Made by a program: the position numbers and the translations under genes
Part shown: in pieces, positions 9,144-17,147 of the stretch
Position numbering within the stretch: position 1 is the stretch's first letter
Layout: each line of letters begins with the position of its first letter
Notes under the pieces: model-generated
What the model saw: the letters and a program-made list of their open reading frames with translations, nothing else
The model's database searches: none
What the model was told of the DNA's origin: nothing
Origin: Thermoflexibacter sp.
Lineage (GTDB): Bacteria; Bacteroidota; Bacteroidia; Cytophagales; Thermoflexibacteraceae
NCBI GenBank assembly: GCA_025455345.1
Contig: JALOMS010000002.1
Span: forward strand, 1-39,668
DNA length: 39,668 nucleotides
Reading direction: 5' to 3'

Positions 9144-10064
9144 ATGGACTTAAAACAAACTCAGCAAAGTAAAAAAAATAAGGCAACAGTTGCCTTTCAT
9201 CGATTTTCCTTGCATTTAACCCGTTTTGCTGGGGATTTATTTTGCTTTTTCGAAGGCAAAGGAGATAGCTATTATTATGTACCAAGAATAAAAGCTTATT
9301 ATTCAGGTAATTATCACTCTATCGATTGCAAAGGTAGGGAGTCTGTGATAGACGTTTACAAAATGATTAATCATAGACCTGAATATGTAAAATATAAGAA
9401 GGCATTTTTCATAGATAGAGATTTTAACTTACCTCTAAATAAATTTGATTATCCTTTAATCTATGAAACACCTTGCTATTCTATTGAAAATATGTATGTT
9501 TCTGATAAAGTCTTTAAAGAAATTCTGAAAAATGAATTTTATTTATCTGAACTGGATTCTGAATATGATAACTGCATTGCTTGGTATTTAGAACGGCAAA
9601 ACGAATTTCATGAAGCAGTGCTATTATTTAATGCTTGGTATGCTTGCCTTATCGATTTGAGAAATGAGAAAGGACTTAACACCAATGTAAATTTAGAAGA
9701 TTCCTTCCCCAAAGATTTTATAGTCTTTTCTTTACAAAACATCTCAAAGAATTATGATTTAGCAAAAATACAAGCAAAATTTCCCAATACTCCTATTATA
9801 GACCAAGAAACATTAGACGCAAAAGTGGCTTTTTTTGATAGTATCTCCACAAAATATAAAATCTTTCGAGGTAAGTATGAGATTGAATTCCTTGTCAAAA
9901 TGCTCAATTATATTATTTCTGATTCTGTAAATACTCAATCTCTAATTAAAAAGCATATAAAATATACACTTGTTGGCACTCAAATACTTTCTCAATTTAC
10001 ACAATATGCTGAAACTCCATCAGATTTAATAGCATACATTAAAGACATAATCAAAACTAATTAA
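9144..10064 (+). CDS. DUF4435 TOPRIM-like nuclease, PARIS AriB-like
   Basis: TOPRIM motifs FFEGKGD, CKGRESV, IDRDF and YSIEN, plus RGK in the C-terminal part. Starts 1 nt after the ATPase stop. Confidence 0.85.
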   Translation: MDLKQTQQSKKNKATVAFHRFSLHLTRFAGDLFCFFEGKGDSYYYVPRIKAYYSGNYHSIDCKGRESVIDVYKMINHRPEYVKYKKAFFIDRDFNLPLNKFDYPLIYETPCYSIENMYVSDKVFKEILKNEFYLSELDSEYDNCIAWYLERQNEFHEAVLLFNAWYACLIDLRNEKGLNTNVNLEDSFPKDFIVFSLQNISKNYDLAKIQAKFPNTPIIDQETLDAKVAFFDSISTKYKIFRGKYEIEFLVKMLNYIISDSVNTQSLIKKHIKYTLVGTQILSQFTQYAETPSDLIAYIKDIIKTN

Positions 10065-10070
10065 AATTCA

Positions 10071-10139
10071 AAAATCAACCCTTCTCTACTCTTAATCAAG
10101 GAATTAGAAGAAATAGAAGTGGAGTGTAAGGTGGGGTAG
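10071..10139 (+). repeat. Direct repeat copy 2 (orphan dnaE 3' end including stop codon)
   Basis: Translates KINPSLLLIKELEEIEVECKVG* versus dnaE KINPSPLLIKELEEIEVECKVG*. Confidence 0.97.
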
Positions 10140-10205
10140 AGGAAAATTCTGTTGGTGTGTGCGTATGTGGGTGGGGAGAAGGGCATAGCGGTTTTAAGAA
10201 ACTGC

Positions 10206-10230
10206 GCTGTCAGGTAAGGCACCTGATAGC
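10206..10230. repeat. Palindromic hairpin between convergent genes (REP-like or terminator)
   Basis: GCTGTCAGGT-AAGGC-ACCTGATAGC, a 10-bp stem with one G-T pair. Confidence 0.5.
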
Positions 10231-10291
10231 ATAGAAATCAGCAAAGTTTATAACTGTTGCAGAAGTTTTTGTTGCCGTTCTTTATACTGGT

Positions 10292-11575
10292 TTAAGACTG
10301 AGTCTTGAATCTTTTTTTGGTATACGATAATCCTACTCCTAAACCTTTAATGTATAATTTTAATCTGTCATAAAACAAAACATCGTGCCTACCAGATATA
10401 TACTCACTTCTTAGCAGTAAAAATTCAGAACTTCTTACCCCCAATTCAAGTAAAAGCATAAATACTTCCGCAATTCTCCTCTCATCAACCAAATCTAATA
10501 ACTCATTAATTGTTTCACGCTTAATACGTCTTCCCTTTGAAAATGAAGCTATTGGGGTGTGATTTTTTTTACTTTTTTCTACTAAATCTTTCTCATTGAA
10601 GACCCTAATAAATTCAGCAATAAACACATAATTTTCTCCCAATCCTCTTATTAGGCTTGCTTTTTCTGAAAAAAGGATATTCTCCCCAATCGCAATAAAC
10701 TTATTGTATCCTAATAAACTATCATAGAAATAAGAGTCCTCCATTCTTAGGAGAATTTCATCATAAATTATTTGATTATCAAAAAATTGATTTAGTAAGT
10801 TTTCAATTAAAAAGCCATATTTTTCTTGGTAGGCATTAAAAAAAGGCTCAAATTCAGGTGATTCTACTTCTACCCTTGACAGTACAGGCAAGACGACTCC
10901 TCTGCGGAATTTGCCACTTGTTACATAAGGAGAATTTACAATGCTTTTTGCTACTTGTAGGCAGCCTTCCAAATTTTGGTAAGTAGGTGCAATCACCAAA
11001 ATATTAACTTCGGGTAGTTGGATGTTACAAATATTGGAGTAGTCGCTTAGTCCTGTACGGCTGTCTATGAGAATATAATCATAATCCAAACCTTTCAATT
11101 CTTTTTTGATGTACTCTATATATCGCTTTCCGTCCAAAGTTTCGTAAAATTCGTACCAGTCAAAATCTATCACATTTCGCTTGTACTCCTCTGCTTCGCT
11201 GTATTTTCCTGCGGGAATCAGGTCTATTTTCCCTGTTCTAATTTCTTGTTTTTCAGTTGTTTGAGTAAGTTGAGAAGTATCTATTAATTTGATAATGTTT
11301 TCATCTGTAAATTTGGGAAAGTCCTCAATTTTAAGGTCTTGTAAATTTTCTGCACTGCGAACCAATTTACAGTAATCTTGGAAAACTTCTACAATACCTT
11401 TATTAGTGATGTCTTGATTGCTCTTTTTAAAATAAAAATGTATCCCAGGAGCCTCCAAATCCCAGTCAATCAACAAAACTTTCTTGTTATGCTGATAGCA
11501 AAGGTAAGCGGCAATATTTGCCATGAGTTGTGTGCGCCCTACACCGCCTTTATATGAATAAAAAGTAACTATCAT
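10292..11575 (-). CDS. ParA/MinD-like KGGVGR-motif ATPase with C-terminal helical adaptor-like domain
   Basis: N-terminal TFYSYKGGVGRT (deviant Walker A with K to R), IDWDLEAPG, DLIPAG and IDSRTG. Residues ~356-412 resemble the C-terminus of the CHAT protein. Confidence 0.85.
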   Translation of the reverse strand: MIVTFYSYKGGVGRTQLMANIAAYLCYQHNKKVLLIDWDLEAPGIHFYFKKSNQDITNKGIVEVFQDYCKLVRSAENLQDLKIEDFPKFTDENIIKLIDTSQLTQTTEKQEIRTGKIDLIPAGKYSEAEEYKRNVIDFDWYEFYETLDGKRYIEYIKKELKGLDYDYILIDSRTGLSDYSNICNIQLPEVNILVIAPTYQNLEGCLQVAKSIVNSPYVTSGKFRRGVVLPVLSRVEVESPEFEPFFNAYQEKYGFLIENLLNQFFDNQIIYDEILLRMEDSYFYDSLLGYNKFIAIGENILFSEKASLIRGLGENYVFIAEFIRVFNEKDLVEKSKKNHTPIASFSKGRRIKRETINELLDLVDERRIAEVFMLLLELGVRSSEFLLLRSEYISGRHDVLFYDRLKLYIKGLGVGLSYTKKRFKTQS

Positions 11576-11591
11576 CTTGAGAATTAGTGTT

Positions 11592-12368
11592 TTAATTATT
11601 TAAAGTAAGCGGTATTTCTTCTTCAAATTGGTCTTGCAAGGCAGGAATCGCACACGTCAAATCAAACTGTAATCTTGCTATGCTTGTCAATCTCCTAAAA
11701 AATGTATTTCTGTCCGCTACTTCTAAATCTATGTAAAAATAACCACTATCTTGCCTTTGTTGCAAAAAAACATCAGCATATTTGTAGTGAAAGTTATATA
11801 ATGAACTGAAAATCTTTTGATTGCGCTTAAACATTATTTCTTTGTGTGCAGTAGTATGCGTTTGGCAAATAGGTATTAAGCAACCACCAATTTCTTTATC
11901 ATTAAAAACTTTGGCTAATGCCTCATTACCAGCAAAATGAAGTGCAAAACTATCTACCAGCAAGACAAGATTCTTTTTCATATTTTTAAGACTATCGATG
12001 AAAATGTTATCTATTTCTTCATTTTTAAAATCAAGAATAAAAGCATTCAGGCGATAGCCCGACTTATCTTGGTAGTCTTTCAAGAGTTTTAAAATTGTAT
12101 CTTCTTTGCTGTAAGGTTTCCAATTTTCATGCTTTTCATCATAATGTGTCTTTAAAAGAGAAAAGTCTATTCCTTTCACTTCATTTTCAATACTTTTAGC
12201 AGAAGTCGTGATAATGAGCAGATGTAAAGGCTTTGTTTGAGTATGAATAATATTTCGCAAAGATTGCTCAAACTTCTGCAAATCTATGTGATTTACAGAA
12301 ATTTGACTTAGGTTGCAGCCTTGAATGACTATATTAGCATTGCCTGTAATTTCACTTGTATTGGGCAT
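11592..12368 (-). CDS. Hypothetical protein, FxsC C-terminal-domain-like, with N-terminal N/Q/G-rich motif
   Basis: HYDEKHENWKPY, LVLLVDSFAL and CLIP recall FxsC C-terminal motifs (from memory, not searched). N-terminus ITGNANIVIQGCNLSQISVN. Gaps of 8 and 16 nt to its neighbours. Confidence 0.55.
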   Translation of the reverse strand: MPNTSEITGNANIVIQGCNLSQISVNHIDLQKFEQSLRNIIHTQTKPLHLLIITTSAKSIENEVKGIDFSLLKTHYDEKHENWKPYSKEDTILKLLKDYQDKSGYRLNAFILDFKNEEIDNIFIDSLKNMKKNLVLLVDSFALHFAGNEALAKVFNDKEIGGCLIPICQTHTTAHKEIMFKRNQKIFSSLYNFHYKYADVFLQQRQDSGYFYIDLEVADRNTFFRRLTSIARLQFDLTCAIPALQDQFEEEIPLTLNN

Positions 12369-12376
12369 ATTTTAAT

Positions 12377-13405
12377 CTATTTTAAAGCTGTACTCAAATA
12401 AACTTTTAACCTATCTACAAAATCACTCAAATCTATCCCTTTTAATCCCGCAGAAAACTCCTTTTTAAAGCGATTGTATTGAAAATCTTTGAAGCCTTTT
12501 TTGTCCAATTGATTGAAAGCCTCTGTAAGATTTCCTTGCTCAATCAAATCCATAATTCCATTTTTGTCCATTTCAGAATTGCTTTGGTTATTGGGTGTTT
12601 GTGGATTATTGGTTACAATATTAATCGTAACATTCGAATTTTCTATTCCTTGAAGGTTTAAATTATTATTCCCCTCAATTTTGCTTTCATTTTTCTTTTC
12701 TGGATTCATGTTATTTTCAACTTTTTCTAATTTCCAATTTTTACTTTCCCCTTTGGCAACATACATCTCCCAAGGCGTTTTCTCCTTCATTGGCTCTTTC
12801 AAATCTCTGCGGTACAGTCCACGAAAATTATCCTTTCCATTTTTCATGGTGATTTCATCTTGTGCCTCGCTCCACGCCCTATCTATGTCCATGCCCTGCC
12901 CCACGCCCCTGTAAAAGCGAATCGCCAAGTGGGTAGCTACCTCATCACTGATTTCGCTCACCGTTCCTATCACTACGGGAATCCCTGTGTCAGAGAGTTC
13001 TTTTGCTTGCTTTTCCGTAGTGCAGCCATTGAAAAAGACGAGTTGCAAGCCTTTCTGCTTGGCAAAAAAGGAAACCAAACCTTCGCCATGGGCAAGGCTG
13101 TTTGAACCACTGTTAGCGTCTTTGACGACTAACAGGGTCTCGAGGAGGAGTTGGTAGCCATCGGCATGACCGCCAAAGTGGAAAACGGCAATCCTATCTC
13201 GATAACGGCTATCTTGGAATACATCTATGATGTTTTCTATGCTTGCGTTGGCGCGCTCTACTATCTCGCAAAGCCCTTGTTTTTCAGCTTCTTGGAGTGC
13301 CTTGCGGATTCCATTGTGTTCCGCAGGAATATTTCTCAAATACCTTGCATTGTCCTCTCTGTCATTGGCAAAGGCAAGGAAAATCACAGGTTTTTGGTTG
13401 GGCAT
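12377..13405 (-). CDS. CHAT (caspase-like) domain protein with C-terminal low-complexity motif and helical adaptor-like domain
   Basis: VIFLAFAN start, catalytic His in VFHFGGHA, catalytic Cys in LVFFNGCTT, VVIGT..EISD..A..FY; then an N-rich linker and a ~64-aa helical tail. Confidence 0.9.
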   Translation of the reverse strand: MPNQKPVIFLAFANDREDNARYLRNIPAEHNGIRKALQEAEKQGLCEIVERANASIENIIDVFQDSRYRDRIAVFHFGGHADGYQLLLETLLVVKDANSGSNSLAHGEGLVSFFAKQKGLQLVFFNGCTTEKQAKELSDTGIPVVIGTVSEISDEVATHLAIRFYRGVGQGMDIDRAWSEAQDEITMKNGKDNFRGLYRRDLKEPMKEKTPWEMYVAKGESKNWKLEKVENNMNPEKKNESKIEGNNNLNLQGIENSNVTINIVTNNPQTPNNQSNSEMDKNGIMDLIEQGNLTEAFNQLDKKGFKDFQYNRFKKEFSAGLKGIDLSDFVDRLKVYLSTALK

Positions 13406-13477
13406 GACGGCTTTTTTTTGGGTTTTTTAGCAAGTTAGGGAAACTTTTTGAAATGTTAAAAATACCTTAGAGATACT

Positions 13478-13885
13478 TTACTTTGTTGCCCAATAATCTA
13501 CGACCAAAGCCTTGTCTAAGTGTGGTTTTAAGACTTCCACAAATGCTTTATGGTCAGGATGCGGCAAGTAAATTTCTCTATCTTTTTCTGAAGTAAAACT
13601 TACAAAGAAACAGTGTGTAAATCCTTGATTGAGGTTTTCTGGGCTATTGTTAGTCCCCCATTCGAAGTCCTTGATTTGCTTAATTTTAGCAGGTAATCCC
13701 CTAAAAGCATCTTCTACTTTTTTGACATCGGCGGCAGAAGCACCGTCCTTAAATTTGAATAATACGACATGACGTAACATTTTTTTTCCTTGTGTTTCAA
13801 CAGTGGCTTTGGCAATAGAAAAAGCAAGTACAATTGCCAAAAAACTAAAAAGTACAATGCGATAATTTGTAAAGTGTTTTTTCAT
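13478..13885 (-). CDS. Dabb family (stress-responsive A/B barrel) protein
   Basis: LRHVVLFKFK, WGTNNSPE, GFTHCF, YLPHPDH and VVDYW; signal peptide. Confidence 0.92.
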   Translation of the reverse strand: MKKHFTNYRIVLFSFLAIVLAFSIAKATVETQGKKMLRHVVLFKFKDGASAADVKKVEDAFRGLPAKIKQIKDFEWGTNNSPENLNQGFTHCFFVSFTSEKDREIYLPHPDHKAFVEVLKPHLDKALVVDYWATK

Positions 13886-13918
13886 TTTCTTTGAAAATTA
13901 ATGTGTTAATTGACTTTA

Positions 13919-13926
13919 CAAATATA
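13919..13926 (-). promoter_or_regulatory. Bacteroidota -7 promoter element (TATATTTG) for the Dabb gene
   Basis: Exact TAnnTTTG on the minus strand, ~34 nt upstream of the start codon. Confidence 0.55.
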
Positions 13927-14017
13927 AAAACTATCTTGTATTTACAATGATTTTCATTTTATTTTGCTGTTTTTATGCCATTAATTTGCCCTTATCCGAG
14001 TCCACTCGAACGACTTG

Positions 14018-14170
14018 TCATTTGCTTACTTCGCTTTTCCATCCATGCTCCACATTATAGACTTTGGGTCTAAAAGGAGAAGGAATGATTTTTTCCACTG
14101 CTTTGGGGTCAGCAGTGAAATTGATTAAAATTCTGTGGTCTATGTAACCATGTATGGTCGGGATTTTCAT
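14018..14170 (-). pseudogene. Truncated or internally deleted DUF2071-family gene (50 aa)
   Basis: Manual translation gives MKIPTIHGYIDHRILINFTADPKAVEKIIPSPFRPKVYNVEHGWKSEVSK*. The first ~38 aa match the DUF2071 N-terminus as I recall it. Not in the ORF track. Confidence 0.65.
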
Positions 14171-14255
14171 TGGGTGTTGGTTTTTGTTGTTGACTGGTAG
14201 TTAAATCATTGTTTTTGCGAATTTTTAACTATTGTGCTTTTAGATTTAGTGCTTT

Positions 14256-15878
14256 TTAACTGTATTTTTCTGTCAATATCTGGTCAATTTTACTAATTAT
14301 TTTTTCGCCATTTTGATTGTTAATAGTCATAAATCTATACTCATTATATAAGTCTAAAATCTTATTTTGTGTCTGTGCTTCAAGTAATCCTAAATTAAGC
14401 ATCATGCCTTTGTTAAGGTCATTTGGTTCAAATTTTTGAAGTCCATTGCCATATTGTCGACTATTATCCTCAAAAATTTGTTTGGCTGTGTCCGTTAGGA
14501 GATAAGCAAAAAGTAAATCAATGTGAATTTCTGAAAACAAACTTGTCTGCTTTGGATAAATACAATGATAGGAAGTCAAGTTAGCAATATTTGCTTCATT
14601 TCTAATAAAGCGTAAACCTGTTCTGTTAAAAACAGAAACCCAAATAGGGGCAGGCTGTCTATTCTCTAACGCATACCAAGGTGTTCTACTTGCTGTTAGA
14701 AATCGTTGATTTACTCCTTCTATTTCGCCTTTTTGAATGTAAGAATTTACATTCTTATCGTTTGGATTTAAGGCATTAAAAAGAAAAACTAATTTGTCAT
14801 TCTTTTTTAATTCCTCAAAATCTTGTATGGCAAAAAAAGATGTTCTGGCATCTTTGGCACTGCAAATACAAGGTAATAAATATTGTTCTTCAATATTGTA
14901 TGCTTTGGCTTTTGATAGATTGAATGTAAAATATTCATTTGAGCCTGTGGCAATCCCACGAACTACTTTTGCATAGGTGGAGAATGGAACAAGATTTTTA
15001 AACTTAATACCATTTTGTTTTTGATAATAGGCTTTCCATTTAATTTCAGGATTTAGTTCCGAAAAATTATAGGTTCGGGCGGCGTTCCGCTGTTCTGTTT
15101 CTGAAAAATTTGGGTAATTAACTATAATATCTTCAATTTTGGTTAAATCTTCCAATGATTGAATATTATGAAAATGAACGTTTTGGGTTAGGTTATCATT
15201 TGCACAAAGTACAATTGACGCTGTTGTTAAGGCATCATCAAATACATTTTCTTCAAAACCAATGACAATAATATGTCTTAATGCTTTGCTTTTTATCAAA
15301 TAGGTTTTTACTAATTTTCCATAGTCTGAATTTAGAAATTCAGAAGGAATAATATACGCACAGCGACCATTTGGTTTTAATTGATGAATAGATTTTAATA
15401 AGAATAAAGTATAAAGATTTGTAAAACCATTCAGCTTGCATTTTAAATTAGTTTCAATTTCTTTTAAGATGTTTTTATTGTCGTAATCGTGAAATTTAAA
15501 ATATGGTGGATTGCAAATGATACCATCATATTTATTTTCCCAATCATTATACATATAATCTTGTAAAAGGAGATTTACATTTTCTATTTCATCAAATTGT
15601 TGTTTTGCTTTTTCAAAAATAGTTTTATCAACTTCAAACCCCTTAATATCAATATTTTCTTTGTAATTTAAAATTGCCCTTGAAAATACACCCAACCCAA
15701 ATGCTGGTTCAAGTACAGCATTAAGATTTTCGTTTCCTAAAATCCATTTTGCCATAAAATCTGCAATAGAGAAAGGAGTAAAAAATTGAGCAAATTTTTT
15801 ACGGTGTTCTATTGAAATTGATTTTGAGTATTGATTTTCAATAGAATTATCAGTGATATATCCCTTTAATTCTATCAT
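14256..15878 (-). CDS. Type II N6-adenine DNA methyltransferase (gamma class), M.AccI-like
   Basis: AQFFTP, motif I LEPAFGLGVF, motif IV ICNPPY and NLYTLF. ATG at 15878 overlaps the REase stop (TGATG). Confidence 0.92.
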   Translation of the reverse strand: MIELKGYITDNSIENQYSKSISIEHRKKFAQFFTPFSIADFMAKWILGNENLNAVLEPAFGLGVFSRAILNYKENIDIKGFEVDKTIFEKAKQQFDEIENVNLLLQDYMYNDWENKYDGIICNPPYFKFHDYDNKNILKEIETNLKCKLNGFTNLYTLFLLKSIHQLKPNGRCAYIIPSEFLNSDYGKLVKTYLIKSKALRHIIVIGFEENVFDDALTTASIVLCANDNLTQNVHFHNIQSLEDLTKIEDIIVNYPNFSETEQRNAARTYNFSELNPEIKWKAYYQKQNGIKFKNLVPFSTYAKVVRGIATGSNEYFTFNLSKAKAYNIEEQYLLPCICSAKDARTSFFAIQDFEELKKNDKLVFLFNALNPNDKNVNSYIQKGEIEGVNQRFLTASRTPWYALENRQPAPIWVSVFNRTGLRFIRNEANIANLTSYHCIYPKQTSLFSEIHIDLLFAYLLTDTAKQIFEDNSRQYGNGLQKFEPNDLNKGMMLNLGLLEAQTQNKILDLYNEYRFMTINNQNGEKIISKIDQILTEKYS

Positions 15879-16993
15879 CAAAAATCAATATTGCGAAGGT
15901 CGCCCCCGTTAATTTCTAAAATAGTTTTCAAATTCTCAATATCAAGATAAGCCGTTCCTCCTTTGAATGTTACATAGAAAAGCAATCTCCCTCTGTCCAT
16001 TTCTTTTCTTACACTTTCGTGCAAAGGTTCATCAACTTTTGAGGCAATAGGAATGCCTAATTTTGAGTTGATTTTTATAGTTGTCTTATTTTGGTTTTTA
16101 GTATCAGTTTCAACCGAAAATACTACACCCTCATTATTAGAGTCAGAAATTATTTTTAGAATTTGCTCAAATGAAATACCATATACTTTATCAAAAAATA
16201 CTTGAAAATAAAAATGTGGCACATTGAATGTTTCAATCCATTTATAAACAACTTTTATGTCTTCAACTTTGGGTGTGATTGAAAGATAATCTCGTTTCTG
16301 AATTTCTTTTATAGCTATTTTTAGTTGTCTAAAAAGCTCCTTTACTTGAATTAATCTTTCCGAAGAACCCCAATTTGGTGTTCTAAAATCTGTAACATTT
16401 AAAGTTTTTGCGGTTATTCCATTGAGCAAATCAATATAATTCTGTCTTGCAGGGTGTTGCAAAACATCTGAATATTCAGTAAGTATTTGGTCTTTTGTTT
16501 GTAATGCAATTTGCATAAACTTTTCAGTTCGCACTTGCATTGCTTCTTCGTATTTGTCAATTAAAAATGCACTTGAACGCACTTCAATGCCTACAATCGC
16601 TTTTTTTACATATTCTGTAATTTGGTGATGAGGAATTTGGCTGATGTCGAAGCCTAAATTTTGGTCAAAATCTGCTTTATTGAAAATTAACAGGTCAGGT
16701 CTTTTGCCAATGGTATCAAGTTCGTTTTGAAAGTCTTGATAAAAAGTATCAAAGCCATCTTCTCCTGCCACTAAATCATCAGATTTCCCATATTTTACTG
16801 CTACAAAATTTTTAGAAGTTTCATTTATAGCTCTTGTTACGAGATTTTCAGCCCAATCACCTTGTTCTTTATTGGTAATAAAATTAGAAGACGCTTGTGT
16901 AGGTGTCCTTGCAGGGTCTCTTGGCTGTTCAAAATCAACTAATTCCACAGGAACATTTTTTGTTAATTCTCTAATTCGGTCGTAATAACTCAT
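15878..16993 (-). CDS. AccI-family type II restriction endonuclease
   Basis: [33 protein letters not shown] and [10 protein letters not shown]; translationally coupled to the MTase. Confidence 0.85.
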   Translation of the reverse strand: MSYYDRIRELTKNVPVELVDFEQPRDPARTPTQASSNFITNKEQGDWAENLVTRAINETSKNFVAVKYGKSDDLVAGEDGFDTFYQDFQNELDTIGKRPDLLIFNKADFDQNLGFDISQIPHHQITEYVKKAIVGIEVRSSAFLIDKYEEAMQVRTEKFMQIALQTKDQILTEYSDVLQHPARQNYIDLLNGITAKTLNVTDFRTPNWGSSERLIQVKELFRQLKIAIKEIQKRDYLSITPKVEDIKVVYKWIETFNVPHFYFQVFFDKVYGISFEQILKIISDSNNEGVVFSVETDTKNQNKTTIKINSKLGIPIASKVDEPLHESVRKEMDRGRLLFYVTFKGGTAYLDIENLKTILEINGGDLRNIDF

Positions 16994-17018
16994 TTTCTTA
17001 TTGTAAAATTTTGCTTTA

Positions 17019-17026
17019 CAAAGTTA
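17019..17026 (-). promoter_or_regulatory. Bacteroidota -7 promoter element (TAACTTTG) for the R-M operon
   Basis: Exact TAnnTTTG on the minus strand, ~26 nt upstream of the REase ATG. Confidence 0.55.
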
Positions 17027-17147
17027 AACTTTTTTGTTGGTTTGAGAAATTCGTTGAACATTCCTGATGTAAACGGTAACATTACATCTAACTTATTAAC
17101 ATACACAATTCCTCTACAACTATGAAATTTTTTACACAAACGATTCC

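Noticed and set aside
7661-10070. Prophage or integrative element at dnaE
   Set aside because: No integrase, phage or conjugation genes lie between the repeats. It is reported only as a repeat-bounded cassette.
10292-11575. Chromosome-partition ParA or a BY-kinase
   Set aside because: Walker A is KGGVGRT, there is no parB or capsule locus, and the C-terminal extension and operon context point to a conflict-system ATPase.
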